Below are positions 10,158 through 24,492 of a stretch of DNA of 64,000 nucleotides, in pieces. Each line of letters starts with the position of its first letter. The stretch's first letter is position 1. The translations under genes were made by a program, and so were the position numbers. Below the pieces are notes generated by a model. The model was given only the letters and a program-made list of their open reading frames with translations. It was not told the DNA's origin and searched no databases. Source of the stretch: Acanthaster planci (taxonomy: Eukaryota); the NCBI RefSeq assembly GCF_001949145.1, contig NW_019091361.1, positions 2,052,919 through 2,116,918 of the forward strand, given 5' to 3'.

Positions 10158-13100
10158 TGCTACGATGCATATTATTGTCTCACGATTTTTAGTATGCAGG
10201 CCATTTCTTAGACTTATTTTTGAATGTGTATACGCGTAGGTGTCTATTTACTTAGCAGATTGTCAAGGTCACATATTGCTGAAATGAAAAGGAACTTATC
10301 CAGACATAACGAATTACTGAAATCCCAAATCCTGAAAGGTGTGTCCTTCAGCAGACGGGATAGAAGAAGCCAATTACTACAACATGACGAATGTTACTTG
10401 TTAGGAATCGAGTGGGCATGAAACTTCCCGTGTTAGCTTTGTAGATCCGCTCCTTTAAATCTTGGATTCCCTCTGCGGTAATCGCAAACTGGTACAATTG
10501 ATCAGAGAAATAGGCACGAAGTCACATTAAATTCCATTTATAAATTCTTCCTATGGTCGCTGCAGTTCTCAAACAACGGCCTTGGTCACACACTGCCCAA
10601 TACAAACCCGTCTTACTTTAAATTATTCTTTTTATTCAATTTTATGCTGGCTAGTTGTGTTTTAAAAGGAATATATCGCCTCAGAAACTGCTCCCTGAGG
10701 TATGGCATGAATCAAGTTGCCCTGGGATCAAGTGTGAATTCTCAACTTTCCCACATCATTGAAACATTATACGAAGGATTGGAACTTTGACGCGGCGACT
10801 TGTTGGGCGTAAACTATCGCCACTTGAATACCGCCCTCCCCTGAAATAGAAATTGGGCAAGAATAGATTCTGACAGGGTGTTTTACCCTGAAGATCAGAA
10901 ATCATTCACATACAGGATAATCGGACCAGACTCAAATTTCAAAAATTCTCCGCAGCAAAATTCAGCTTCGAATTAAGTTTTGTGAATTTTTTGACAAGTA
11001 CTAATGAATTTCCATGGCGTTTTTTAAGGTTTACAAAGAGAAGCGGTTGGGCTCTGACGATTACGCTACGTCACAGCTAATGTCCAACAATCTTTAGGGA
11101 ATTCATTTTATTTCTTATCAGAGAATCGAGATCATTTTGACTTGAACAGCCCGGATTTTTCGATCTAATCGGAAAGTACTGCCGTCACGAACAATGGGAA
11201 AGTGGTAGGCCTAAGGTTAGCCAGTTCCATTGTCGCTGCCAGAGTAGATCAGGGCAAGCAACCGTCTCGGCCCCAGGACACCGAGTTCTGTTTTTTTCAA
11301 GGGGGGGAGGACTTTAACATTTGGCATTTGCTAATTTTTTTATGTGGAATAATTGATGATGATTCTCGTCGGCATGTGACAATTATCTTCATGGGTATTG
11401 CAAGTCAGCTATTTTGGGGGTTCGGGTCGTTTCCTCCCCCGAGCGGCGATTGACAACGGGCGGGGGAGCCGAGGCAGACGAGCGGCATCCGGGGCGGCTT
11501 CGGACCGCTGTCTTTGTTGTTCATTATTAGCACCTCGTTATCTCGCCCCGATCTGGAGACGCTTTTGTTTTAGCTGTGAATCGTCGAGGGAATAGTTTTT
11601 TCTCGAATTATCTCAGGCGTGACTCAGTCTGCTGCAAACTTTCGCAGTTAACTCCGTTTGGGAATTCTGGGGCTCCCTGGAGGGTAGGGGTTAACGATCT
11701 TTTTGGAGACTGGCCAAGTCTAAGGCTTGACAGTGTGCTTCTCACAAATGGACAAAATTGCAACATGGTGCAGAATGCCAACCACGACAACATCCCGGAG
11801 ATTAAGTTTAGGCGGAAATTTGTGTTTGTTCCTGGCAGCATTTTTTTAAACACAACACGCTGGGGGGAACCCGACTTGAACAGAGGCTGTATTCGTGGCT
11901 CTGGAGGATTTTTAAAGGGGAGTAGGCTAAAGACCGGCATTTCAACAGGGAAGCTCCCACGAAGAGGCATTGAGACTGGTTTCCTCCCAAGAACCATTTT
12001 CCCATGGGAGAATACACAGGTTTCCCCAGATACTCAAAACACTTGCTCCCTGGCGCATTCATGGTTGATGAATAAACCACTTTCTGCCGTCCTCGTTCAC
12101 AGAATCAATACTGAGGATTTTTGTTTTCATAACACTTACGGGCCTTGTCGTTTCCCCGTAAAGTTCCCGTTACTTTTGGTCCCTCGAATAACAGCCCACA
12201 ATACTGTCGATTTTGACAAATCAATAAAGGGTTAGGGGCCTATGCCGAAGCCTGTGACAATAATGAATCTGTGTCCCTCAAGAAAACAGAAATTTACGCA
12301 CCCCAAGAAAAAAACAAAAACCTATGCCACAAAGTACATGTAACGGTTTAAAATCGCAATTTGTTTAGCCAAGACAAGTAAGCTAACCCAACGGGACCCT
12401 TACTATTGTGCGACAGTGTAACCTTGCCCTGCTTGATTATGTTTACCACAAAAAGAAACTTCTACCCGATCTTGTATACCACAATCAAACACTGATTTTG
12501 CGAAATTTGAAGAATGCTGTTCAAATCCAGAAACTTGACTTCAAGTTTGTGACGAGTATAGTCAACTAGCACAAGAGGTCGCTAAGGGAACACAAAGCAG
12601 CTGTCTGAGCAAATATTTATATGACGTGAGACTCCAGAGGAAACCCTATAGTGAATTTTTAATTAAAAACAATCTGAATCTGTAACAAAAGTTACAGCTA
12701 ACTGCCTGGGGGGTTTGTACGTTACCACAAACCGCAAGTATCTATGAATGCTGCCGAGATGCCCAGGTCAATTGGTAGACGACTCAATGAAATTCCCATA
12801 ATCAAAAGTCTCCCCCCGCAAGGACGAAGATGGAGATTGCAATTTTTTTCGGTTGAAATCTGAACATGTCTTTATCTCAATACGGGTGGGCTTGTAACCG
12901 TCGCTTCGAAATCCTGTTAAAAAACTTCAAAGTTCAGCACCACAAATGACCTTTTGCAAAGAGAGTGGAGTTTATTCCTTCCTGACACGAAGTTGGGCCA
13001 CTTTTCAAAGTCGATCACATCTTTGTTGCATTCTTATCATGTTTGTTCGACAAAGTAAAAGATCAAAGTCGTGGGTCTCAGAGAAATTATGGGTTGTTCA

Positions 13101-13495
13101 AGTGGGAGCTAAGAAATCACTGTTGGTTTTGAAGAAGTCTCCTCCGGCCTGGCTGTTCGTGGAAACTGTCAACAGTGTTGTTTCCAAACATCAATTTGTT
13201 TAGAAAAACTTTTGAAGTGTCACAGGGAAACAACATATCATGGTCACTCAACAAGCCTGGTACGAAAATGGCGCCAATGTGGCTTTCACGGCATCTCAGA
13301 TCTTTGTATCCCTATCTCAAGCACAGCAGTCATTTTTAGTGACAAATTTTGGAAAGTTTGGGACTTCTTCTGGGCTACTTTTCAAGAAACATTCGGTCAA
13401 CGTCAATCAATGAAAATAAAAGCAACACAGAGCTGAGCTCAATGAGAAAATGCCATCAGGGCGCCAAACGGGGAACCACGACGCAAAAACAGTTG

Positions 13496-13509
13496 TCGCA
13501 AGAGGGCGC
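13496..13509 (+). promoter_or_regulatory. Candidate CTCF-type motif
   Basis: TCGCAAGAGGGCGC resembles the CTCF core CCRSNAGRGGGCGC; ~1 kb upstream of the candidate promoter at 14478. Confidence 0.3.
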
Positions 13510-14477
13510 TGGACTAAGTCCAATGAAACAGTTAAACTTAAGTAATCATGATTCAATATTTGTATTTACATGTATAGCCTGCGTTTGTTTCCCACTTGTA
13601 AGATATAAATTAGCTCCCTTCTGCTCACCAAGCACACGAGTGTTTTGTGTAGTTCCCCCGGGACCACACCCCAACTGCAGAAGCACGACGTTGCGCTCAG
13701 GGTCGGTAAAGGGCTCACCAAAATGGCAGAGGATCTGATAGCAAAAAAAGATGGGCGACCCACAAAGTTCAGCAGGGGGTATAGAGGCAAGGTCGTATAC
13801 CCACTATGTTACATGCAACAGAAGTGCAGCTGGACCAGAAATCGAATGAGACATCTGTCAAAAACTATTTGACTTGATACTAAAATGCTTTTCACAGACT
13901 GGTACTTTGCCAACTTTAAACGGGCGTTAACGCTGCCAGGTGAACAGAAATTAAGTGGGTTATCAGTTCATCAGTTCGGTTATCATTATTAGTTTATCAT
14001 AAATTACGACTCAAGATGATTTTTGCTTTAGCGCGTTGTGATTTATTCTCATCCCAGATACGTTAACAAAAAACTGTCGGACCGCAATCCTTCCTCACAA
14101 TTTAAACCGATTCCGTGCCAACAAAAGCTACAACAATGCAGAGTTTTTGAATATGTCGAATGACAAAGTGGACGTGCAAGCGCAACCAAGTTCCGCCTCG
14201 CCTGGTCCTTTCTGTCCGTGTAAAATTTGAAAGTGTAAGTTGTTAAAGGGACCACCGTATCCTACATTACAGCGCCATTAACAAGGACCCCCAGACCATT
14301 CAACTCCGAGTCTGCTGAGACCATAACGAGCGTCACGCACGCGTTGTGGAAAGGCATGAATGAGCACTGTTCGGAAAGTGATCCAGCTAAACCATTCGAT
14401 AACAGCGAACCCAAGTCGGTGTGTAAGGCAGTCCACATCCAGCAGAAAGAAAATCCGGCCACGATCCAGAGGACTAG

Positions 14478-15007
14478 TATATAAGCCAGCAGTCAGGCAC
14501 CTGGATCAAGGCACCGACTCCTGACTAACTGCCTGGGGTATGCTGGTAGCAGATTGAGTGTGGCTTTGGAGAGAGATTTGCGAACCTTTCGCTTAACCAA
14601 ACACCAGGGCAGGGATTGACGCAACGAGGCAGCCGCGCTGCGAATCCTGACGCATCCCGCAACTATTACAACCGACTCGGGGCAAGTGACTGTCGGGACT
14701 CGTAGCCTTGGTTTTTTTTTACGAATCACATTTTGAACTCGTCTAAACAGCTCGACGAACGGCTCACGGTTGGTCAATTTGAGCGAGCGGGAGACCGGAG
14801 CTGAACGCACTTCCAGTCGGTGTCGGTACAGACAAACAGAGGCCGGAGTTCGTGAACCTCTCCGCGGTTGACCGGCCGCAACAAACAAACAGGGTGCAGC
14901 GACAGCGTGTCTGAGGAAGAGACTTCAGTACAGCGACCCACTAAATACCGGAGTTGACAGATCTGTTGCTGCCAATTTTGTTTGGACGAAGAAGACGTGA
15001 AAAGAAG
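14478..15007 (+). promoter_or_regulatory. Candidate TATA promoter and CpG-rich, probably non-coding first exon of an unidentified gene
   Basis: TATATAAG at 14478-14485, then ~500 nt of GC/CpG-rich, ATG-poor sequence ending in a strong donor AAG|GTAAGA at 15008, after which composition turns AT-rich. Confidence 0.5.
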
Positions 15008-18000
15008 GTAAGATAAAAAGACAGCTTCACATCTCTAGAAACTAGTACGAGCAATGTTAGGTGGTAGGCTAATGGGTAATGCTTATAAATTGTATGTTCA
15101 GTGTTTACGTCTTCTGTCACAAATTTAGGAAGAGATAATAACAATGTTGTGGTGAAAGAGGAACACAATGAATATTTCCTTAATTGGCATAACCTTGGTT
15201 GACAAAGTCGTGCTATTATGTTTGATAGGACAACGCGATAGCAGCAGGCGAGGTAAGCGCCGTGTGTTTATTTGTCCCGATATTATAAATGATCATCTGA
15301 CGAAATTTACGGCAAAGGGGTAGCAAGGTTGCCACTTGATACGTTTTCAACGAAGATGCATTGGGGTTTAACAACATTTTGCTATCAACAGATAATGGTG
15401 AACATTTACAAACGGTGGCTTTTGGGGGGAGGTCATGCTTGGGAATGTACAAAAAAAAAGATTCCACGGGCCAATAATCTTAACATGACCATCTGAGAAA
15501 ATGACGATTGACGGCTACTCTAGTAAACTGGCTTTAGTGTCAGGTACATGTCAGTGGTTTAAAGGTTTTAGGCCATGGCCGTTGAGGGCGAACACTGTGC
15601 TACTTTGCCCGGGTTACCGAAAGGCAAAATGGCAGGTTTGAAAGTAGTTTGCGAATTTTGATGGCATGTGTAGGCCTACCGAGAGTACGGGGTCTTTTTT
15701 TCACTACAGTGCCACCAAAATTGTGTGTTCTTCATTTAATTCTCAGAATTGAATTGAGAATGTACAAGCTTGTTCTTCAGCATAAGGGTTCTTTACCTCT
15801 CACAGGTGAGAGACGAGGGGGGGGGGTTCCCGCCCTTTCGATCTTGGCCGTGCACTAACAGAACTCACTGGCACTTGGTACCAGTATGCATTTTGAAGCC
15901 ATTTTGAAGAAATGTGTTCATCTGTAAAATTCCAGCTCAATCAAGCATAGCGTTAGGAGTTGTGGCCATTTTTAACTCTCATTTACCGCCCAGGAAAGTG
16001 AGCTCGCTGACCGTCATGAATGAAAGTAACGATTCCACAGCATTCTGCGCCAAACATTGACACTTTGCAAGAACGGGTCATCCAACTGTTCTGTAATTGG
16101 TGTCAAAACGTCGGTTAGGTGAGGCCGTAGGGCTTGAGTCCTTCTCGGACCTCTGTAAATAACAAACCAACAATGACGTGAAAGCTTGAAAAAACGTGAC
16201 GATTACTAGCGTTTTATATGATGATTTCATTCGTTTTCGTCGGAAAAATTTACTCCTTCGTCTGAGTTACGAGACAGTGTGTCATTGTAGTCAAACTGAG
16301 TTGTGCCCTGAAAGAACGACAACAATTATCAAAACAGTTATGGTGAATACAATTTGATTACATTCGTCCCTGTGATGTCGAAGAGTCCACAGCACGTCAT
16401 TTATTCTAGACTGTATACAAACTATCCAACTAATATTTATTATCAGAATTAAGGCGGATTATTTCCAATCTATTGAACGTTCACTTCCAAATTTGAAATG
16501 GCAAGTGATTACCTTGGGCTTGCGGCGCGCCATGTGCGGCAACGGAGGGCTCGAGTTTTATTTTTCCTTGAGAACCTCTTTGGACGTTAGGGGACGTCTG
16601 ATCTTGCCCTTAATGACACGTGGCATGATAGAATGTTCGTTAGCAGCGGGATGCCGCCAAGAAAGTTACCACGTGACTTGTTGCCATGCATGTCTTACAG
16701 ATGGTCTGCACTTGACAGTGGTACAGTGGGTATGCAAGGCCGGCCAGACAGTTTTATCAGTAGGCTGATAAAATACACTTAAAAGGAATTTCATCAACTG
16801 CAGTATCCAGTCATTAATCTAACACACACGCCTGCAGGTATCTGTTTTTGTTACAGTGTTTGCTATTTTGTGCAATGGTTGACCGGTCGTTTGAGCAGAA
16901 TTGAAAAAAAAGAAGGAAAAGAAGAATAAAGCTTTCAATCACAAAGTGGAAAAGGGGGCTGGGGCTGTTCCTCGGGCAGCCAAACCTTTTCTCCATTTGA
17001 AAACTCCATTACCCCGGTCGTTGTGCAACATGATAGCTAAAGACATCTCGAATCAGAAATTAATTGTTTAAGATTATGTCTCGTTGTGATCCTATTATGG
17101 CTACATGGCGTATCCCTCCCCCTCTAAGGAAGAGGCCAAGACCCGCCCCTGCGTGGGCCTGTCCCTTCTGATTGCCCAGAAATGTACCAAGATTTATGCA
17201 CTCCTTCCTTTTCCAACTACCCATGGGGTAAGTTGCCTACTGGTTCACTCGTAGATCGGGTTGGGTAGGAAACTTCCGCCTGATCAATCAATCCGACCTC
17301 CTCCCTAGGTAGCCTATATAATTATTTCGAACTGATTGCTCGTTGCCCTGCAAACTGTAAAAGACGGCACGCACCGCTCCCCAGCTAAGACTCCTTCAAC
17401 TCCTTCCACGAAAGCGCCCGTTATGCGAGAAACCACTTCCCTTCATCCTATTGTCGGGGTGAAATGGGGCCGCTTTTAATTCACCTGTATAGCCTCTACA
17501 GTTAGAGCTGTAATTATCACAAGATAGCCAAATTGGCTTGATTCCGAATCCATTAATGGCACCAAAGCAACACAAGAAGGATTAGATAGTCTTCTGGATC
17601 TTTCTGAGCTAATCTCAAACTATAACAAACCAAATGACGACCGAGCGAAATTCAATTGAACTGGAAGAGGGAATCGCACTGAATTAGGGAGAAGTTCGAG
17701 AGGGATTAACCCAGAAGAAATTCACTCATTTGTATCAGTATATATCTGTGATTTCTGGTGTTGTATGCATGGTTTTCTTGACGACCGGTAGGAAAAACCA
17801 ACATACAAACAAGGATTTTTGTCGCGTTGGATTCGATCTTTGGATTTCAAACTTAACAAAACAGACCATCATGAAAAGAAATTGTTCCGCAACCAACCTC
17901 ACCGCGAAGGCTTCGCGTTCTGTTTTGCTGTCATCTCATCCACTTTGCACACATGCATAAACCAATACGTATACGCGTTTAATTTAGGCCTACAGCAGGC

Positions 18001-20727
18001 TTTTCTGATGAAGATCAACCGTAATCATTTAAGCTGGTTTTCTGATTCAGAACTGAGTACATCGACTGTTGGCTCTCCTTTTTGTAATCAATTTTAGTCG
18101 AAGCCTTTATATAATTACCTCTAGGAGTAGCATTAATCTGTCACATCCCGGGGCCGTAATGGCAAACGACTGAATTTACAGCTGTAAAAATCAGCGAAAA
18201 GTAGTGATATTCACCTGGGCTTTGTCATTTATTTCTATAACCGAAGTTGGAAGTTTAAAGTCAAATGCACAGCAAATAATAGAATGAAATCGATACCCAA
18301 TATAGGCCGATGCAACTCGAATACGCTGCAAGGTACAATAAGCCAGAACAAAAGAAAAGCGTTTCGACTGAAGTTTCTAAAAACATTACCTTCCACACAG
18401 GATCTTTTTCCCCCACAATTCTGAACAAGCCTGGAGCCAGGCGTAACCCCATATCGCATCACTATTCACGTTATTATTCAACCCTCTCTCCTACTCGCAC
18501 TGGCCAAAAACATGGAGGGGGCCGACAAGGGGATGGTAAACAGCGGGAAAGTAGACCCGTGTGCAGACCCACAAAAGAGCAAGGCGTCACAGTGGTTTCA
18601 AATTTTCCCTTTATTCAAATCTTTGGAGCGACCAAGACTGCTTGATAAACAGCCTATGGCTCTTTTAACACTCTACACTTATTGATGTTCGAAGCTTTAA
18701 ATTATCCTCAGGGAAAAAAATCAAAGTGGACAAAATCACAACTATAATGTAACAAACAAGATGTGCGTTACTTTCCTTTAAGGGTACCGTAGTGTTCTAG
18801 ACGCCAAAACGGCCACGATTCGTTCAATTAATATTGCGAAAACAAGTTTGGACAACATTCATTACTCAAACTGAATTGCTGAGACTTTAATGAAGAGATG
18901 CAAACCATGGGACTATAACTCAATAACGGTTTAGTTGATTACTCCATCAAGACTGATCATATTTGTTTCATTGAAGCCATCGTTAAAAAAGTTTCAACTA
19001 CACATTTGTCGATTTTATTATTTACCTTCAGTTTACCGTGCTGTTCATGTGTCTTTCAACCTCCTCCCCACGACCGTGTAAAACATGTCTGTGATAAATC
19101 ATGTTAGCCTCCTTTGACATTCAACCCTCTTGAACACAATGCTATATCCAATGCGAAGTCTGACCTGCTTCGGAGGAACAGCAAGGGCGACACAGTGCAA
19201 CCTCCATAGACAAACTGGTTGAGTGATCGACGCAGAAATTATTTCGAATTTCGAAAGAAGAGGAGGGGAATGAAGATGTCTTCAAATACTCAGTCAACAC
19301 ATTTTCATAAACAGTGCCTCCCCGTAGATGTTACTGCTTCATCTTTCATGTGAGGTCTTTGATCCGAGGAATTTGCTTTGTCTGGGCTAGATGGAACATA
19401 TATTTTCGAAAGATGATCTAGGCTACCTGAATACTAACTCTGCAAAGGGAAATTTTGTAATTTCAGTATTAAGGGTCTTTACTCAATGATGGCGATTTAG
19501 GGAACTAGAAATCAGAAGGTTGCACCCTGTGGGACGCCACTTTAAAACTTCAACCATGCTCCAAAAATCACCATTTCAAAATAAACACTCCCCTCTTTAA
19601 TCGTCTCATAAAAAAATCTGCGTTCCTTCGCCTGAGAAGATTCAAACTGGAGTTGGCTTTTAAACATCTGCTGTTTCCATCGGAAGTCTTCGTTAAAAAG
19701 TCAACTCGGGTGATCCCCTGGTGAAAATGATAGTTTTCACCAAGTGTTTCCCTTTTACATATCTGTTTGGCAAGGATGAGCGCATACGACAAGACGACAA
19801 AATATCTGTTCGCAAAAAGGCAAACGTTTGAAGAGGCATCCAAACGCGTAGTTCTTTTGCAATGCAAAACAATTACAAAGAAATTGGGAGTGGTGATGTG
19901 ACAGTTAAGCTCTCTGCCATTAAAGGGGCTATCGGTTATGTTTAGTAAAACATCGTTGGATTCGTCAAAATGTGTACAGAAAATGACAAGCGTTAAACCG
20001 TGTGTCACATTTCGGAATTAAGACATTAAAGTTCTTCAAAGAGAATAAACTTGTCCTTGAGCGTTGGAATTGAAGGACTATCTAAAACGTAGTCCAGTTC
20101 AGAAAATTGCTGACGAGTACATGAATAGCCCGTGAGCTGCACACCGTCTCTTCGCGGGTGATCTAAAGAAGGTAGATAGTGTAACACCATAAAGACTCTA
20201 ATAGGACCTCGGGGTAACACCAAGTACAGATGATGTGAAACTGATATGCCCAACCCCTCTTCATTACGGTCGGCTGCTTTCTGCCTTTCACGGTGTGTGA
20301 TCGTAAAATATGGTGATTAGCCCAAATTTCCCCGCCGAGACGCCGTCCACCCTGCCCATGCGCAGAGGAGGCCAGCGGGATTAAGTGCAGCCAAAGGTTA
20401 CACATGGAGGCTATCTTTAATCTTACACCTTGGCCGTTTCCAGATCGGCTCACAGATTTATTGTAGTTTTGACGGGGCGTCCAAAAATTTGTTACAACAA
20501 ATTACATCCCACTTCAACTCAATTTGAGGGTATAATGCGGAATGCATGTAAACAATTCTGATCTTTGGCCATGCTGCAACGCATTAACAGCCTCATCAGA
20601 ATGCTGGAATCTATAACACTTGTTTTCCTAATTACAGATTCATGGCTCATAAGGTATTGTCATTCAAAGTAATCACTGATGCGGGCTAAGCAAACTCATG
20701 AATAAATCAAAATAAAAATCTTATCAG

Positions 20728-21271
20728 ATTGGTCCGATCCAATCGTAGCTAGCTTACAACACTTTTATTTCTACTGCTGTCTGAAGAAACAAAATAGAAT
20801 CGCGGTCCAGCGGATCAGCTCAAGTTGCCTACATTGTCAGATAGTCCAGCTCTCCCATCGGTTAAAGATCAAGGAATGAGGAAGACAGAAACAACTAAAA
20901 ACCCGCCCGACGACCGACAGCGATCGCATCGGCACGGCGACGCGACGCAGGCTTCCCGATCGTTTAGTCTGTGACGCCCACTAACGAGTGCGGCCGCAAC
21001 TGTAGGGTGCAGACAGACATGGGGATCCGCTGTCAAGAAAAAAACAGCAGAAAGTCATCTAAAAATTCCAAGTCGTTCGTCTGTCAGAGCATCTATTGGC
21101 ACGATGTCTTTACCTGATGGATGAAGCCGGGTCCAAGTTTAGCTCCCGCGTGACCTCTTTTTTTTTCCTCATCGAGAGCGAGGTGGCCTGTTTTTATCAT
21201 CATCACTGGGGCACGGGCTCCATGAGCCGAGAAGAAAAGAGTAACTCTAGAAACATCTGTCGACAATCCAA
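20728..21271 (+). promoter_or_regulatory. Second candidate promoter / alternative first exon
   Basis: Inverted CCAAT pair GATTGGtccgatCCAATC (20727-20744), CpG-dense block ~20900-21030, donor CAA|GTGAGG at 21272. Confidence 0.35.
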
Positions 21272-24176
21272 GTGAGGTTCAATGGCTTTTCACTGGCAAT
21301 TTGGCTTTTTATGTACCTCGAATTATCACCATGTTGTAACAATATCGGGCTCTCTTGTAGCATTTGAAGATTTTCTTTGATTGAAATCTAGCGTGCGCGA
21401 AGAAAAGGAATCGGGAGAAGTCTGTATTGGTCGGAAAGAATGTTTGCCGTTGATAAGGATCAAGAATCGCGGTGAGGAAACTCGCGCAACCCGGAAAAGT
21501 AGCCCTAATTCGTTGGGTTGGAAATAGAGTGGGTACCTATACAGCCGTTGACTTGTACAAGTGGTGATGATGGTGATGGGATAGGGTGGTGGTGGGGGGT
21601 GCTGATTACATAATTAAAGCAATCATTATGCAGGTGAAAGAGTGGAAAACTTTGTGAAGCATTCCGCATTCATTATGAACGCGGCATATTATGTACACTG
21701 CTGTAAACACGGCAGAACTCAGAAGGCAAGGAATGTACTCGCAAATCTGCCCACAGAGTTACCCATGAGAAAGATTAAATCGCCGCCTGTCGCTTCCACA
21801 AATGCAAAGCTAGCTGTTTTTCAACAGCTGCAGCTTCTGGAAGGAGAAAGCCCCCAAACACCCCACAAAAGTCAGCCGCCCATTGTGTGCAAGCGAACGC
21901 ATAATATTCGGCCGAATAATGAGAAACCAAATTGAAGCCGAATGCATGTGAGCTGTACCCTCGAGCCCTAGCAGCGAACAAGGTTAAAGACCATGAAGGA
22001 TTTTGTGCAACACTGTGCGCCAACTTGGGTAAGCAACGGATCGACAATGTTTCTCACTTACGAGGAACACCAGCCGGAAAGCGCGTTCAGCTGCGTGCAT
22101 TCAATATGTCAAGTTGCCTGAATCCAGTAACTCGATACACCGAAATCGACTTTTGGCATTTCAATGTACCAACAACTATCAAAGCATTCTCGACGATGGC
22201 AGCAGATTTGAAAAAGAGTGCCTGGCCATTTACGTTTCATTTTGAGGCAGTGAATAAAACATGCAAAAGGTGGTCTTCACTGATATTGGTAATGATCGAA
22301 TAAGGTGTAGGGTGTTCAATCAAAACTTTTTGGATGATGAATTCATCCATAGATAGGCCGGAAATGCAGATGGGCAGATATACTAGTCGCAAACCCTCTC
22401 GTTTTTTTTAAACTGAGTTTTTCTTATTTGAATTTCCTGTGCAAAATGATTGAGATTATTCGACTTTAGAAAGAAGAAAGTTCCTAATAAAAAAAATAAA
22501 ACTGATAAACCATTAACAGTTGGAACTAATAAAAGTTTAAGAATTTAATCCGTTGTTTGAACAGCAATATGATACCTTTTATCATTGGCTGTTCGTCAAA
22601 AATTGCACATTTCACATTTCAAAACCTTCCTTTCACATATACAAAAATGTTTGTCATTACGGATAACACACTGACACGCTGCCTTGACATTTTGCCATCC
22701 AATCATCCAACAATTCGGTGATCCATCGTTCCATTTTCCAAAACAAATATTAAAGAAAAACCACATTGTTATCACACACTGAACCCGAAAGCAGTCCTAC
22801 GCTTGCTACGCCCCGTCCGGTATTTTCCCTCAACTAAGTTAATGAATGGAATACCCTTGTTTGAATGGAACGCGTGCCTCTGCCTAAGCATGAGAAAAAG
22901 GCCGGGTTGACAATAAACAAACGGGCCGAAAACTGTCACAGACATAGTTATTTGGAGTGACAAATGAACGCTGTTTGTAACACGCTCTTTTTTGCAGACA
23001 TGCTGTGGCTTGATAGCCTATGTAAAAATCTATATTTGGATCAGGGACGTCCGTAATTATCCACCCAATTAATGTTTTCATCGAAGTCTCTGTATTTTTG
23101 GATTAATGATCGACGCACTGTATGATTATTCAGCGCTATTGGGAATGGGTGCGTACAGTCACAGCAAGTTGCACCATTAAACAAGAAAATTAGCTAATGA
23201 TGACTGTCGAAATGACAAGCATTTATGTCATCAAGCAATGAGGAGACTTAAGGTTTGCGTATCCTTAGGTGAGATAAAACGATCAGTCGGGAAACAGGGT
23301 AGTATTTTCCCGGATCACTCTTCCATTCTCTGAATAGTTTTGTTTACAAGTAAGAAAGTTAGATCTTTACTCGCTTGATCCTGGCCCGGGGTGTAATTTT
23401 GCACAGGTCTTCAATGTGCATCTGATTATTGTCACCACGATGTAACCTCACGTACTAGCACGTGAGAATGAGGTTGTATGGCGCAGGTACTGTCGTTTTA
23501 ATTGCGTGAGTGTGCCTATTTACCTACACCTGTTATGCGAGGCATAATTGTCACGACAAAGATTAAGGCTACCTAAACACAGCTGTCTTCAAGTTAAAAC
23601 GAATTTTCCTGTTCCGTAAAGGCCTGTCTGTTGAGGTGTTTAATTCAAACAGACCAGCTGAATTAGGTGATTGCTGTTCGTGATTAATGATTGGACGTGG
23701 TTATTTAGTATTGTGGGTCTCGGAGGGGCTCGTGTCGCTACACGGCGGCGCCGGGTGGTGCCTGCCTCAATCTGACCACACCTTGCTCTCCCGGTGAATT
23801 CGAACCGGGCACGGTGACCTAAACTCCAGAAGTCTCCCCAGATGGGTGTTTGTGAGGGAAGGGGGGAGGTTGCTGTTAAGGAACAGAAATCTCCAACAGG
23901 CCCCTCGAGATCAGAGCTTGTGGGGGTATTATTTAAATCAGACCTGGAGACTCGGCCCCGGCACGCCAATTTCACGAAACAGCGGATGCGCAGTTTGAGG
24001 TCTCCCAGGGAGAAGAGGTGAGGGGAGCCCCGGAGTACTGGTGCAAGACCTCGTGAGATCTCCATCGAGGGATGCCATTACAGCCATGACCCTGGACATT
24101 GTAATGCTGTGTTACTATGTACTTTGCTCTGAAGCACACTATACATGACCTAACGCCACTGGGTAACAGGACAAAA

Positions 24177-24396
24177 GGGCGGATCCAGAACCTTGGCGGG
24201 GGGCAAAAAAGTTGGAAAATTTAATGCTATTTTCATAGCCTTACTTAAAGGGAAAGACTACATTTGGGATCTTGTAACACTTTTGGAAGGGATAGGACGG
24301 AAACAGACCAAAAACATAGCTTTTTGTCAGAACTTTTCAATGAAATATTTGTTCCTCCTTTTGGGGTGGGGCATGGCGCATGGTCCTTGATCCGCC
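24177..24396. mobile_element. MITE-like element with GGCGGATC terminal inverted repeats
   Basis: GGCGGATCCAGAACC ... GGTCCTTGATCCGCC; internal G-runs and GGGGCATGGC motif; termini related to family A. Confidence 0.75.
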
Positions 24397-24492
24397 AGTA
24401 CAGGACACTCGACCTAGCTGTGCTTCCAAGTTCTTGGGAAGGTTCAACATCAATCAAAACTATTAAAATCTTTTAACCTTTAATACGGCTGT

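Noticed and set aside
11576..12235. 219-aa ORF
   Set aside because: Non-ATG start, no domain motifs, composition like random non-coding translation.
12933..12950. REST/RE1 site (TTCAGCACC)
   Set aside because: Only the left half-site; the GGACAG half is absent.
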